A stretch of DNA of 64,000 bases, from assembly GCF_964355755.1 (NCBI RefSeq), contig NC_092671.1, forward strand, positions 22,952,070 to 23,016,069. The letters are read 5' to 3'. The position numbers and the translations under genes are program-made. This document shows, one piece after another, positions 26,164-37,833 of the stretch; the stretch's first letter is position 1, and every line of letters begins with the position of its first letter. The stretch is from Antedon mediterranea (lineage: Eukaryota > Animalia > Echinodermata). A model generated the notes under the pieces. That model searched no databases. It was not told the origin of the DNA and saw only the letters and a program-made list of their open reading frames with translations.

Positions 26164-27521
26164 ATTGTCTGTAAAAGTGAATGTACACTAGTTTGTTAAT
26201 AAATATGTATTATAAAATAGTTTACAATTGCAAAAACTATTATCATAATTCTATTTAATGTGAAATGTATAATATCTATTAAATCAAGTCTTATTTAGTA
26301 TGTATACATCCACCCTTATGAGGGCGGGCATCACTCACTGGCGCTCTCTGTTACAAATTTCTCATGCAAAAATCGCGGAATACTCATTCTTGTGATATAT
26401 ATTCTTTGGTCAAACCTTGTATCGCGTCATAACAGGAAACGTTCTGATTGGATACAACGTTGACTTACAGTAGCGTCGTACGCTAAAACAGTACTATCAA
26501 CCGTTTTCCACTACAACGCTACAACCGTTGTACGACGCGTTGTACACTAATCCCCAACTGTTCAGACACACATTCTTTTAGCGTCGTACGCTAAAACGGT
26601 CTAACGCCATGGGTCTGAACAGGGCCTATCTTTAAATCAATTTTGTGTACTTTTTTCAGTCAGTATAATATGTACATTAAATTCCCTATAACATTTAGTT
26701 AATTAAAATAGTTTTTGAATAATAAAAAAATCAGTGCTGTATTAAGCATTTTACGAAGTCCATACATTATTATTATTTAAAGGTTTTGAGGTTTAGTAAA
26801 AATAATACATATATTACTAGGTTTAGGTCATTCCTCGTCTTAAATGTACGTTTTAAGGTAAATTATGCTAAAAAGTGAGAAACAATGCACTACCTAAGTA
26901 GCTCGCGGCGAATGAGCTCTCGGCTTTTGGCTAGCTAGGCATAGCCTAGTCTAGATCGAACGCAATAAGCCGGCCTAGCTAGGCCTAGAACCAGATGGTA
27001 CATTCATTGTGAAAATAATCTAGCTATTGCATTATTTTAATAACCTACTCAGGCTAGTATATCAACTCCCTGGCTGGTATAGTATAATAATAAATAGTAT
27101 AGCATAAGCTTAAAACGGGTTGAATGGAAAAACAGTAAGTGAAGAACATGCATATCATCGTTGCAGAGTTAGGGGTGCCAACAAAACATTCAACAGCCCA
27201 ATAAATGAGTACAAAACAATGGGCTAAAATCGTAACTATGTAATACTCCATCAGTTTTATCCATTCAAAAACTAAATTAATGTGCTTCTTGCTAAAAAAA
27301 AAAGGTTTTTAACGATGCAATCGTGTTCTGATTATGTTTATCTAAAATTAATTATGTATAGCCAGATTTGTTTATCTAAGAGATTATCATAACATTATGC
27401 AATCAATTAGCTTAATGACTTTTCCATGGTCTGAATAATTTGGGACAATTTGAAGTCTCTATGGCCAGTCGTTGAGATGTTGAGATACAGTAATTTAAAT
27501 AATAATAATAAATAAGGCGTA

Positions 27522-30064
27522 CCGTATATTTCGGTGTATAAGTCGCATTTTTGACACGCAAATTTGACCTCTAAATTAAGGGTGCGTCTTATACACCGAA
27601 CATAAATGCCTCACCACACAGATTGTACATATCGTCACCTCGTTGGGGATTCCCCTCGTTGGCTAGGCCTAGACTAGCTACAGTGTACTAACGTAACAGC
27701 AACTTGCTTCTGCCTAGTTTTCAAGGCATTTTAGCGTGATGTTTTACTAAATATGATGAAAAGATTTGTTCATTTGGAGCTGTTTTAGGTGCTCCAAATT
27801 TCATTTGTAATAGTATTTATTTATAGTTATACGGACGATCGCCGACCGCCGTACCCCCAGCGCAAGCCCTTCTTGGTGGCGGCCACATGGTCTACGGTAT
27901 TCCACTAGTATATTCTCCAGTTGATTATAGCAGCATGGACCTAGCGTATACACTTCTCGGATACATAGATACTAATCGAATACGATTATCCGTGAAAATG
28001 TGCGCCCTCTCGAAATGATCGAGCAAGGCTAGCCCAAACACATGCGTGTTACACGCACGGACGATCATGCCCTCGATGTTGCAGGTGCGAAACTCATGAA
28101 TAACAAGTTAGAAAGAACTTGTTGAGGCTGGGCGCGGCCGAGCCTAGGTAAGAAAATCTAGTTTAAGTAAATCTAGTTTAAGTATCACTGACCAACATCA
28201 TGCTCTCCCTGAATCATCTCTTGATTATTTAAGTATACCTGATATTCAGCCGGATTCTGTTTACAAATTGCTTACGTCTATCAAACCACATAAAGCTTCT
28301 GGCTGTGATGAGCTGAGTAACCATGTTTTAAAAGTTTGTGCGAAACCTCTCTCTATTCCTATCTCTTCTATTTTTAACAAATCTCTGACTTTTGGTAAAT
28401 TCCCATCTTTCTGGAAACAATCTGTTGTTCCTATCCACAAATCTGGTTCCAAGAAATCCGTCACCAATTACAGACCGATTTCAATTTTGCCTACCATCTC
28501 AAAACTTTTCGAACGAGTCATGTATAATCACATTTGGTCCCATGTTCATCCTACCATCTCTCCCTATCAGCATGGTTTCGTTCTCAACAGGTCATGTGAA
28601 ACAAATCTTGCTTGTCTTCTGACAACTGTGTATGATGCCATCAAGGGCAGAGCACAATGTGATGTTATATATACTGACTTCTCAAAAGCTTTTGATTTGG
28701 TGCCACACAATCTTCTTATTTTTAAACTTCAACGACTTGATTTTAATCCTCATCTTTTGTCCTGGTTCAGAAGCTATTTGGATGGTAGACGTCAACGTGT
28801 AGTTATCGATGGCGAGGCATCTGAGTGGCTTCCAGTTCCTCAGGGGTCAATCCTCGGTCCCCTCCTTTTTAATTTGTATGTGAACGATATTCCATCGCTG
28901 TTTCGCTATTCTGATTGTCTTATGTTTGCTGACGATCTAAAAATTATTAAAACTATTAACAGTTATGAAGATGCTGAAATGCTTCAGGGAGACCTTACTA
29001 AATTTAGTTCCTGGTCCACTTTGTGGGGCATGATGTTAAACTCTTCCAAGTGCAATATTTTGTCCTTTACTTTAAATAAAAATAAAATTGTTTATGTCTA
29101 TTCCGTCGACGACAAACCTATTAATAAGGTGCATCAACATCGTGATCTCGGTATTATTTTAGATAGTTCCCTTACTTTTTCTTTTCATGTCGATCATCTT
29201 CTAAATAAATGCAATAAGCTGCTTGGGCTGATGTGGCGCAATGGAAAATATCTCAGTCGTTCTTCCAAAGTTTATCTATATATCACCTTAATCCAACCTA
29301 ATTTAGACTTTTGTTCTGTTATTTACAATTCAATCTCCAAAACCCAAGCCTCACGTATTGACCGACTCTATTCTAGATTTTTGCGCTACATCAGCCACAA
29401 TCACAATCATAATAACCTTTTTAAATGTAACAATCTTTATAATTGTGATGATAAAAAAATATATCCCATATCTCCCCCTTCATTACGTAGATGTTACAAT
29501 GATCTTATTTTTCTTTTTAAATGTCTTCATTCTATTTTTGACTGCAACTTTATCTCCAATTTCGGTATTCGTGTTCCCACCCGTAACTTAAGAAACAACA
29601 TCCTTTGTGTTCCCTTTTGTAGAGTCAATGTTCTCAAAAATGGTTACATCAGTAGATTAAGTTTATATTATAATAGTTTAGTCCAGGCCCATCCCCATAT
29701 TGACATTTTTAATTCCAATCTTTATCTGTTTCGTCGTAATTTAAGTGTTTCTGAGTTGTTGTATGTAATTGTATTGTATCTGTTAAACCAAGCTGTAAGT
29801 GGCGGATTTGTTTCTGCTGTTGTTTCTGGTTTTAAAAAAAAAAGAAAAAAAAAAAAAGAAAAAAAAAACCTAAATAAAGGACTCCGTTGTAGATATAACA
29901 AGATATATTATTACAATAATATTGATTGCAATTTAAAAAAACATTGTTTTGATGAAACATAAAGTGCGTCTTATACATCGACGATATAAAAAATACCGAT
30001 ATTTTACTCTCAGTTAGGGGGTGCGTCTTATACACAGGTGCGACTTATACACCGAAATATACGG
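27522..30064. mobile_element. Tc1/mariner-pogo type MITE (CCGTA TIR) interrupted by a LINE
   Basis: TA|CCGTATATTTCGGTGTATAAGTCGCA ... TGCGACTTATACACCGAAATATACGG|TA. Confidence 0.88.
28185..29868 (+). mobile_element. 5'-truncated CR1/Jockey-group LINE with open RT frame
   Basis: ORF 28268..29962 has NYRPISIL, QHGF, YTDFSKAFD, PQGSILGPLLF and FADDLK. Short deletion before PQG. Poly-A tail 29834-29868. No endonuclease domain. Confidence 0.9.
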
Positions 30065-30284
30065 TATATTAACAAGAGAAATAAAAAGCAGAAAACTAAG
30101 AGCAAAACTAAGAGCAAAATGAGCAAAGGCCATAAACCATTCCAAATAAAGAAAGAGGCCCAAGAAAAGGAAATTTGTTGACGGATGGATAAATGAGTGA
30201 GTAGAGACTCTAAACTAGATCGAAGAGACCTCATGGGAATATGAATCAAAATTGAAATAAAAGCAGGTAGATTTCATACTAAGT

Positions 30285-30397
30285 ACATTGAGAATACTTG
30301 CGAACAAAATATGCAAGTAATTCTCAAGTGGGACTGAAACCCACGACCTCCAGATCACTAGCCTGGCATTCATACCTCTAGACCACCGCGCTTGCGC
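30285..30397 (-). mobile_element. tRNA-like head (SINE or tRNA pseudogene)
   Basis: Reverse strand reads GCGGTGGTCTAGAGG (A box)...GGAGGTCGTGGGTTTCAGTCCCAC (degenerate B box and T arm). No clean acceptor stem. Confidence 0.55.
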
Positions 30398-31606
30398 TGA
30401 TGGCTAGGGGTTAGATTCGAGCCCAAGTAAGCAGCGGGTACTGCACCAACAGGATTGTAACTAAGACTAAGAGATTCCACACTATGGTTTGGACACTAGG
30501 CTGATTGTCTGAGGCAAACAAACAATGAGCTAAATTTAGGTCAAAAGGGCATTTCTAGTTCGGTTAGTTCATGGAAAAGAATAAGAGGAGACACAACTTG
30601 AATAGTTCAGTCAGTTCACGGTATGCTAAACACAGCCGTTACGTAACCCAATTAGCAAAGATTACAATGTTTACTCCCCGCGGTCAATTTTGGTGTTAGT
30701 ACACATGCGTATTAGGACGTCACAATACTCTTACTAGGCGATGTGCGTTCAAGCATGAAAGGTGTACTATACTGTTTGTAGACCTACCGAACTTGTATTC
30801 CGACCTTGTTTATTAATTTTTATAAAAAGCAGTGCTATTCTACTGGATATCTTTTATTAATAAATTAATAATACAAGTTTTATACGGCACCAATAAAGGA
30901 ATTATATTTATATGGTTTACTGTGTACTAAATGTTGGTAATTTCTCCAGACAACTTTAATAAGGACCAGTGGTGGTGCCAGCGGGGAGCTACGGGGGCTG
31001 TATCCCCTCATCGTCTCCCCCCTCCCCCTCTTCCCCGTCGGGGAATATAACATACAGTAAAAATCATTCGCGTTCACTTCGTATAACTTCAGCGCCTAGA
31101 AACACCGCGACGTTCCGTTTTTTTTAGTACGTTGGAGCGGAGAGCTATTGCACTTTATATGCATGCATTATTGCCAGCGATCTAATAAACAATGAATAGG
31201 TACGCACTTGTCTGGCGGTTCCCCTTTGTACGAATTGTTTAACATTGGGCCTGCTCCATTGCGGTTTACGTGTGATATCATGTTCCATCCAGGGACCAGA
31301 ATGTGTACTGTACTAGTTACTTTCCAGGCGAAGTTTACAGCCGCGTCAGTCGTGTACTGTGTATCGACGTAAGAAATACAGCAAAAGGGTACGAATAATG
31401 TTGGCGATCTATTGTTCGTATGTCCGATTTTTTAATTTTACGATTAACCGCTATGTACCGAACTGTACATAATCCTTTTAAACAATGGCTTATAATTACA
31501 AAAGAGCATAGACTATATTTGTAATTGAATTTTTAACCAACACATATAATTAGGTGATCATTTAGAATAAAATGATCACCTATTGTTATTGTATGAAATC
31601 TTTATT

Positions 31607-33237
31607 GGTTATCCGCAACTTAGTTGCGGATAACCTATGTGATTGTAAATATCTTTTTTTTTTGGTTATCCGCAACTTAGTTGCGGATAACCTATGTGAT
31701 TGTAAATATCTTTTTTTTTCTTCTTCTTTGTTATTCTTCTTTCTTTCCCAGATTTTTGTCCACAGCATATCCCCTATTGCTTGTCAACATAACTTTGTAT
31801 AACTTGGTAAAAAGATTGACATTGTAGTGTAGATGTGCAGCCAAGCTTTTTGACGATGTCAAAGTCGCGTTGTGTAAGATACGCGCGATTTTATGAATTT
31901 CTATAACTGATCATAACTTTAGAACCAACAAATATTGTTTCATGAAACTTAAAAAAATTATAATTCATATCATGGTCAATTTTCTATGGATTAAAAATAG
32001 CATGTTTTACAAGAAGTTACGCGCGCACGCGCATTTAAAGTTTCAAAATGCGCAAAATTAATTTCTAATCAACTTTCTACGCTGATCATGACATTTTAAG
32101 CATGTCAAAAATTCCCGTGCGCGCAAAAAAAATTACGCGTATGGTGCGCACGGAGTACGAAAATCATGTTTTTTTCTCTTGAATTGTAATTTTCCAGCCT
32201 TTCCTAGTCATTTAAAAAAAGATTGACATCATTTCAAATTAAAATGACGTCATACGAACACGTTGATTTAGACAATTTGCGTGCGTTTTAGTTGCAAAAG
32301 TGACAAAATATTGTCAAAATTATGCCTACTTTGAATCTATTATAGCTCCTCAGGATCAACCGTTACCCCCAATTTTTTTAATTTAATATGTAAGCAGATA
32401 TGTTGTAGATATGAATTCATGCAGAATCTTTACCCCTCGGATGTTATGACGTCATCGTATGGCCACACGAATGTAAAATATTGGATTTTTGACTGTTTCG
32501 CTATTGCTCATTACATTAAATAGAGCGCATATCGCTTATACGTATTCCATTTCCTCAAATATTTTAATACTGTCTAGGTCAATCAACTATCTTTCGCATG
32601 AGTTAAAAATATCTTAATTTTTATGACGTCATCATGTCTAAAAATGTAAATAACGCGGTTCACCTTTTTTCATCTTTACAGTAAGTTTCAATCTGTTATA
32701 GCTCGTCAGAATAAAAAGTGATAATCATGATTAAAACGTTTTCTGAAAGCTATTGGATTGTAGATACAAATTCATGTGAATATTTTGCCAATCATATGTT
32801 GTGACGTCATTATATGGGCAGTTGAATTCAAAAGGTCATATTTTCATCTCTTGCGTAAAAGTTCCTTGCGTTTAAACGAGAGCGCATCTCTCTTTTACGT
32901 GCCCAAAATTCCTCAAAATTGTATTAATGTAATTATTTAGATAATTATCTTTTTTTATTTATATGTCAATTTGATGATGTCATCATGTTAATAATTGGAT
33001 TTAAAAGATGGGTCTCGTAATTTCGTCTATGCTACACTGTATATAACATACAATGTATTCTGTAAATACTGTAATATGCTGTATGCTACAAAATAGGTAC
33101 AATTCAACACTGTAAACATACTTAATTCATGTCATAGGATGGCATAACAATTGTCGAAGTTCATATAGTTTAAAGTATGTGCATGTTGCGTTTGCGCGGA
33201 TAACCCAAACTCGTCAAAGTGACGAGTTCAAATCTAG
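31607..33237 (+). mobile_element. HINE family B with duplicated 57-bp 5' head
   Basis: GGTTATCCGCAACTTAGTTGCGGATAACC at 31607 and 31664. 3' GCGGATAACC, AACTCGTCAAAGTGACGAGTT, CTAG, set within T-runs. Confidence 0.85.
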
Positions 33238-33244
33238 TTTTTTT

Positions 33245-34835
33245 AGTTATCCGCACTATGGCGGATAACTCCTTGTAACTGTCCTGTTTCATCATCTTTT
33301 TTTTTTTTTTTTTTTTCTGTATTATTCTTCTTTCTTTCTGTCATTTTTGTGCAGAGCGTATCTCTAAAACGTGTAAAGATAACATTTTATAACTTTGTCA
33401 ACATATGGGCAATCACGTGAAGTTGTGCTTTCCTATAATTGAATGACGTCAGAGTTGCGCAACATGACTTACGCGCGTTTTTATGAATTTCGCGTATTTA
33501 ACATAGATCGAAAACCATATAACAATTTAAATTGAAACTTAGCAAAAGTCTAATTTATATCGTGCGCTAACTTTTTGTGCACTAAAAATGGCATGTTTTA
33601 CACGAAGTTACGCGCGCACGCGCGTTAAAAATTTTACAATGCGAAAAATCAATTTCTAATCAACTTTCTACGCGTTTCATGTCATTTTGAGCATGTCAAA
33701 AATTCCCACACGTGCGCAAATTTTTACGCGCGTGCTGCACACGTAGCGTTAAAAACGTCATTTTTTCGAGTGATTTATGTTTTTCCAGTCTTTTCTAGTA
33801 ATTTTACCAACTTTTAAACAATTTCGACTTCAAATTACGTCATACGAGCACGTAGAATATGATAATTTTCGCGCTTTTTTGATGAAAATCTTCAAAAATT
33901 CGTCAAAATTAAGCCTTTTTTTAAACAATCGTAGTTTCTAAACTAAACGGTAAAAATTATTTTTATTACATATTCTGGAAGTTGATGAGTTGTAGATATC
34001 AGATCATGCATTAATATGGCTAACCGGACATTGTGACGTCATCGTAAGGCCACGCGAATATGAAATTTAGGATTTTTGTATCTTTCGTCATAACTCCTCA
34101 CATTTAATAGAGCGCATCTCCACTTATCCGTTTTCCATTTTCACCCCGATTTTGATATTGTCTAGGTCAATCAACTATCTTTAGCATGAGTTAAAAATAT
34201 TTTAATTTTTATGACGTCATCATGCCTAAAAATTTAAATTACGTGTGGCATTAATTTCATCTTTACAGTAAATTTCAATCTGTTATAGCTCGTAAGAATA
34301 AAATGTGATAATCACGATTAAAACGTTTTCTTGAAGCTATTGGATTGTAGATACAAAATAATGTGAAAATTTTGCCAATCGGATGTGGTGACGTCATCAT
34401 ATGGCCAGTTAAATAAAAAAAGTCGTATTTTCATATTTTGCGTCATAGTTCATTACATTTAAAAGAGCGCGCATTAATATTTCACCTATTCAAATTTCTT
34501 CTACACGTTAATATGTTGTTGCTGAGATAATTTCCTTCCAAAATTGCTACCTTCGCGTTTCATTTTAAAACCATGAACATGTTAAAAATTGCAATAAATA
34601 GCGGGTCCCGTAATTTCCCCTATTCTACACTGTATGTGATATGTATACAGATTACACTGTGTATACTATATATGAATCAAAATAATAGAATTCAGCAATA
34701 ACAACATATCATAGTCTTCGGTTTAGGTCATAATGCCATAATCTTTTTCCGTGTGCAATATTGCAACGTATGGCGTGCACGTGGCGTTTGTCGTGCGGAT
34801 AACTAACTCGTCAAAGTGACGAGTTTCATGTCTAG
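33245..34835 (+). mobile_element. HINE family C, complete
   Basis: AGTTATCCGCACTATGGCGGATAACT head; 3' GCGGATAACT, hairpin and CTAG. Colinear with the inverted copy at 61561-63133. Confidence 0.87.
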
Positions 34836-37711
34836 TTTTTTATTGTTTCTGTACACTATTTTGTGTAACAATTATCTCAAAAAGTTTAATGTCAATGATT
34901 ACCAAAATTTCAAAATATCTTTCAAATAATATAACTTAATCCTAATAAGCTTTCCAGCGTGATCACTCATCTGTGACGTCGTTTATACGCCATTTTGCGA
35001 AATCACATTATCAATCATATCTCCATAATTCATTATCACATATTAATGAAATTCACTACACGTAAACTTCAGGTCAAGGGTAAACTATTAGCAAATAAAA
35101 ACGCACGCGCACGTAGGGTCATGCGCGTGAACTCGCGCGTTAAAAATTTAAAACGCTCAAAATTAAGTTTTGATCAATTTAGAGCATGAATTAGGCCATT
35201 TGCGTGTTTCCAAAAATTACTACGCAAAAAAAAAATTTACGCGCGCGTAAAGCGTAAAAAATTATAATTTTTTTTACAAATCTCATTCTACTCAACATGC
35301 TTAGTACATTCACCAAATTTGAGTCAGTTCCGACTTAAAATAACGCTATACGAGCACGTTAAAAATGACAAAATGCGCACATTAATTTTACAAAAGTTCT
35401 GGAAATGGTGAAAAATAGGTCTTTTTTAAAATGAAAATAATTCTTCACAATGCAAGATGACCCCCAATTTTTTTAACTTATTCTGGAAGTCATTTAGTTG
35501 TAGATATGAATTCATGTACACATTTTACGTACAAAATGTTTTGACGTCATCAAATGGCCACTTGAGTTTAAAAATTAGTATTTTTTTCCGTTTTGTGAAG
35601 GTTATCACATTCAATAGAGCGCATCTCCGCTATTTGAGCTCGATTTTCGCACAAATTTCAGTGTGTGCTTGCTTAATTATTTATCTTTCTCATAAGTTGT
35701 CAGTGTTTTCATTTTGATGACGTCATCACACGTAAAAACTTGAATAACGTAGGTCGTGTAATTTCACCTTCACCGTAAATTTGAATATCTTACAGCTCTT
35801 CAGAATTGAAGGTTACCTTGATGATTATAATTTATTATGAAAGCTGATGAAATGTAGATATGAATTCATATAAAAACCAAGCCTATCGAATGTTGTGATG
35901 TTAACATATGGCCAGATGAAAATAAAAAGTAGTTTTTCCTCTTTTTCGTCAAAGTTATACAAATTTCAAAGAGCGCGCACAGCGCTTCTACGTGCCAGAT
36001 TCTCTTCCAATTCTTATATTTATTTGCTCAATTCATTATCTTTCGAAATTGTCATCTTTGAGTTTATTTTGATAATTCCATCATACCAAAAAATTAGAAC
36101 ATGGTGTGTGTCCCGTAATTTGACATATGCTACACTGTATATAGATACACAGTATATACTGTACATATTGTATATGGCATATGATAGGCACAACTCAGCA
36201 CTATAAGCGTATGCATCATGTCATAGGATGGCGTACATCAACTTTTTACGATCGTATGTTAACGTACATGCATGTTTAAAAAATGTTAATTTCATTAAAA
36301 TGATAAATATGATCACCTATAATTCGTCAAAGTGACGAATTAAATTCTAGTTTGTAGTTGTTTTTACGGGTTGATACTAATAATAACTAAACGAATATTC
36401 TCGTAGTACCATTTTATACCATATTTTATAATAACGACTATACGAAAACTAAAACTAATTGATTAATTTCTTCTTTAATAAAATATTACTACTATTTCTA
36501 ACGTTATTACAATTATTAATATATTAATATAGACCTACATAAAAAAACCTATTGCTATTATTATTGATATTGTTTATTATTACTATAGGCGCGCCTATGC
36601 CTGAACCTATTAGGCCTACCGGTTACGGTATGCACTAAATATTATCCTTATTTAGGCTATTTATTAAATAATAATATATTACGAACTGAGGCCTACTATG
36701 TAGTAGGCCTATGTGGAGCCACAAATCGTTAAACGATATATAATTTAGTTCTACAATTTCACTGAACTCTAAGTATGTGATCGTAAAAATCATATATTTT
36801 ATGATATTAATATCATAAATAATTTAATTATACAATATCAGACTAAAATAGAAGAATTTTAGTTTTGCTAAACGGTCATAATATAGACTGAAACATAAAT
36901 TAAATGTCATATACAGTAATAAAAATAAGAAATTGTGTCGTTGGAATTCTAATATACGTATATTTTTTAATATTCATGAGAACAAATTATATAATTTTTT
37001 TCATGTGATTTTAAAATAAGTTGGAGTCTTTAATATGCTACAAAATGCACTAGGGTTTCGTTAATTAAAAAGTTGCTTAAACGGAAAAATTTCGATTTAC
37101 CAAATGATACATCTATGGCTTGATAAAAAATATGATTAATTTGTTAGCTGGTATAAAAACTGCGATATCTCCGTGAAAATTTACTCGATTTTTAAACGTT
37201 TTTTTCGAGAAAAAAGCTGAAAGAACAATGAACAACTGCACAAAGGTCATGCTTCACTATGATGTATTAGAAACTACTGCACAGCCTCTGTTTACTTTTC
37301 TTGTCACCGATGTCATGCCTGGCTTCTTCCTTAATTAGGGTGTTACGTAATCAGAGCCTACTCTGCAGCGAGCTGCACGGGTAAACAGGATGTTCTTCAA
37401 AGAATTGTTATGGGAAGTTTATTATCCTATGCTTAAGCACTACCGCACAGCATGATACTAATTGGATTAACTGGATAGTTAGGCTGTGTTGTGCCTCCTC
37501 TTATTCTTTACTCCATGGTTAGTTCAATCTTTTCATATAGAGTGAATATAAATATTTTGACACCAAAATAGTTTACTTACACTTATTGGTTACCAAAATA
37601 ATCCCAAACATGGATTCTAGATATTACCCACAATTTACTGTATATAGATAACTGTCCAACAATCAGGTGTGCCTTGTACTATGTAGTACAATTAAATTAA
37701 AAAATTCTTAC

Positions 37712-37833
37712 CCAGTAGTGAGTTGCTCTTCAAGACGCCTGTATTTGTATCCTGCATTTACGTCAACTTTTCCATCCCGTGAAGCATGTGTAGCATCAAT
37801 AGTTAACTGCTGACATGGACATTTTAATTTATT
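37712..37833 (-). CDS. SETDB1: SETDB-family pre-SET exon
   Basis: ctttcttttAG|NKLKCPCQQLTIDATHASRDGKVDVNAGYKYRRLEEQLTTG|GTAAG. Closely resembles SETDB1 KSKCACHQLTIQAT...GYQYKRLEECLPTG. Ends in phase 2. Confidence 0.92.

Larger units (their letters stand above)
18900..26408. mobile_element. P-element-like non-autonomous transposon
   Basis: About 40-bp TIR CAAAGAATATATATCACAAGAATGAGTATTCCGCGATTTT with CA..TG ends. 7-bp TSD GTCAAAC at 18893-9 and 26409-15. Confidence 0.82.
18068..26626. mobile_element. PIF/Harbinger-like non-autonomous element (outer shell of nest 2)
   Basis: TIRs GGCTATGTTCAGACCCATGGCGTTAGACCGTTTTAGCGTAC / GTACGCTAAAACGGTCTAACGCCATGGGTCTGAACAGGGCC. Flanks TAA / TAT give an imperfect TSD. 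Confidence 0.75.
31552..36350 (+). mobile_element. HINE family A, complete, split by HINE B and C insertions
   Basis: 5' hairpin AGGTGATCATTT..AAATGATCACCT. 3' subTIR ATGATCACCT, hairpin AATTCGTCAAAGTGACGAATT, then CTAG|TTT. Confidence 0.8.
30570..37517. mobile_element. P-element-like non-autonomous transposon hosting the HINE stack
   Basis: TIRs CATGGAAAAGAATAAGAGGAGACACAAC / GTTGTGCCTCCTCTTATTCTTTACTCCATG. 7-bp TSD GTTAGTT at 30563-9 and 37518-24. Confidence 0.75.

Noticed and set aside
29750-29962. Lys-rich NLS-like C-terminus of the 564-aa RT ORF
   Set aside because: Read-through into the LINE 3' UTR, poly-A tail and flanking MITE DNA.
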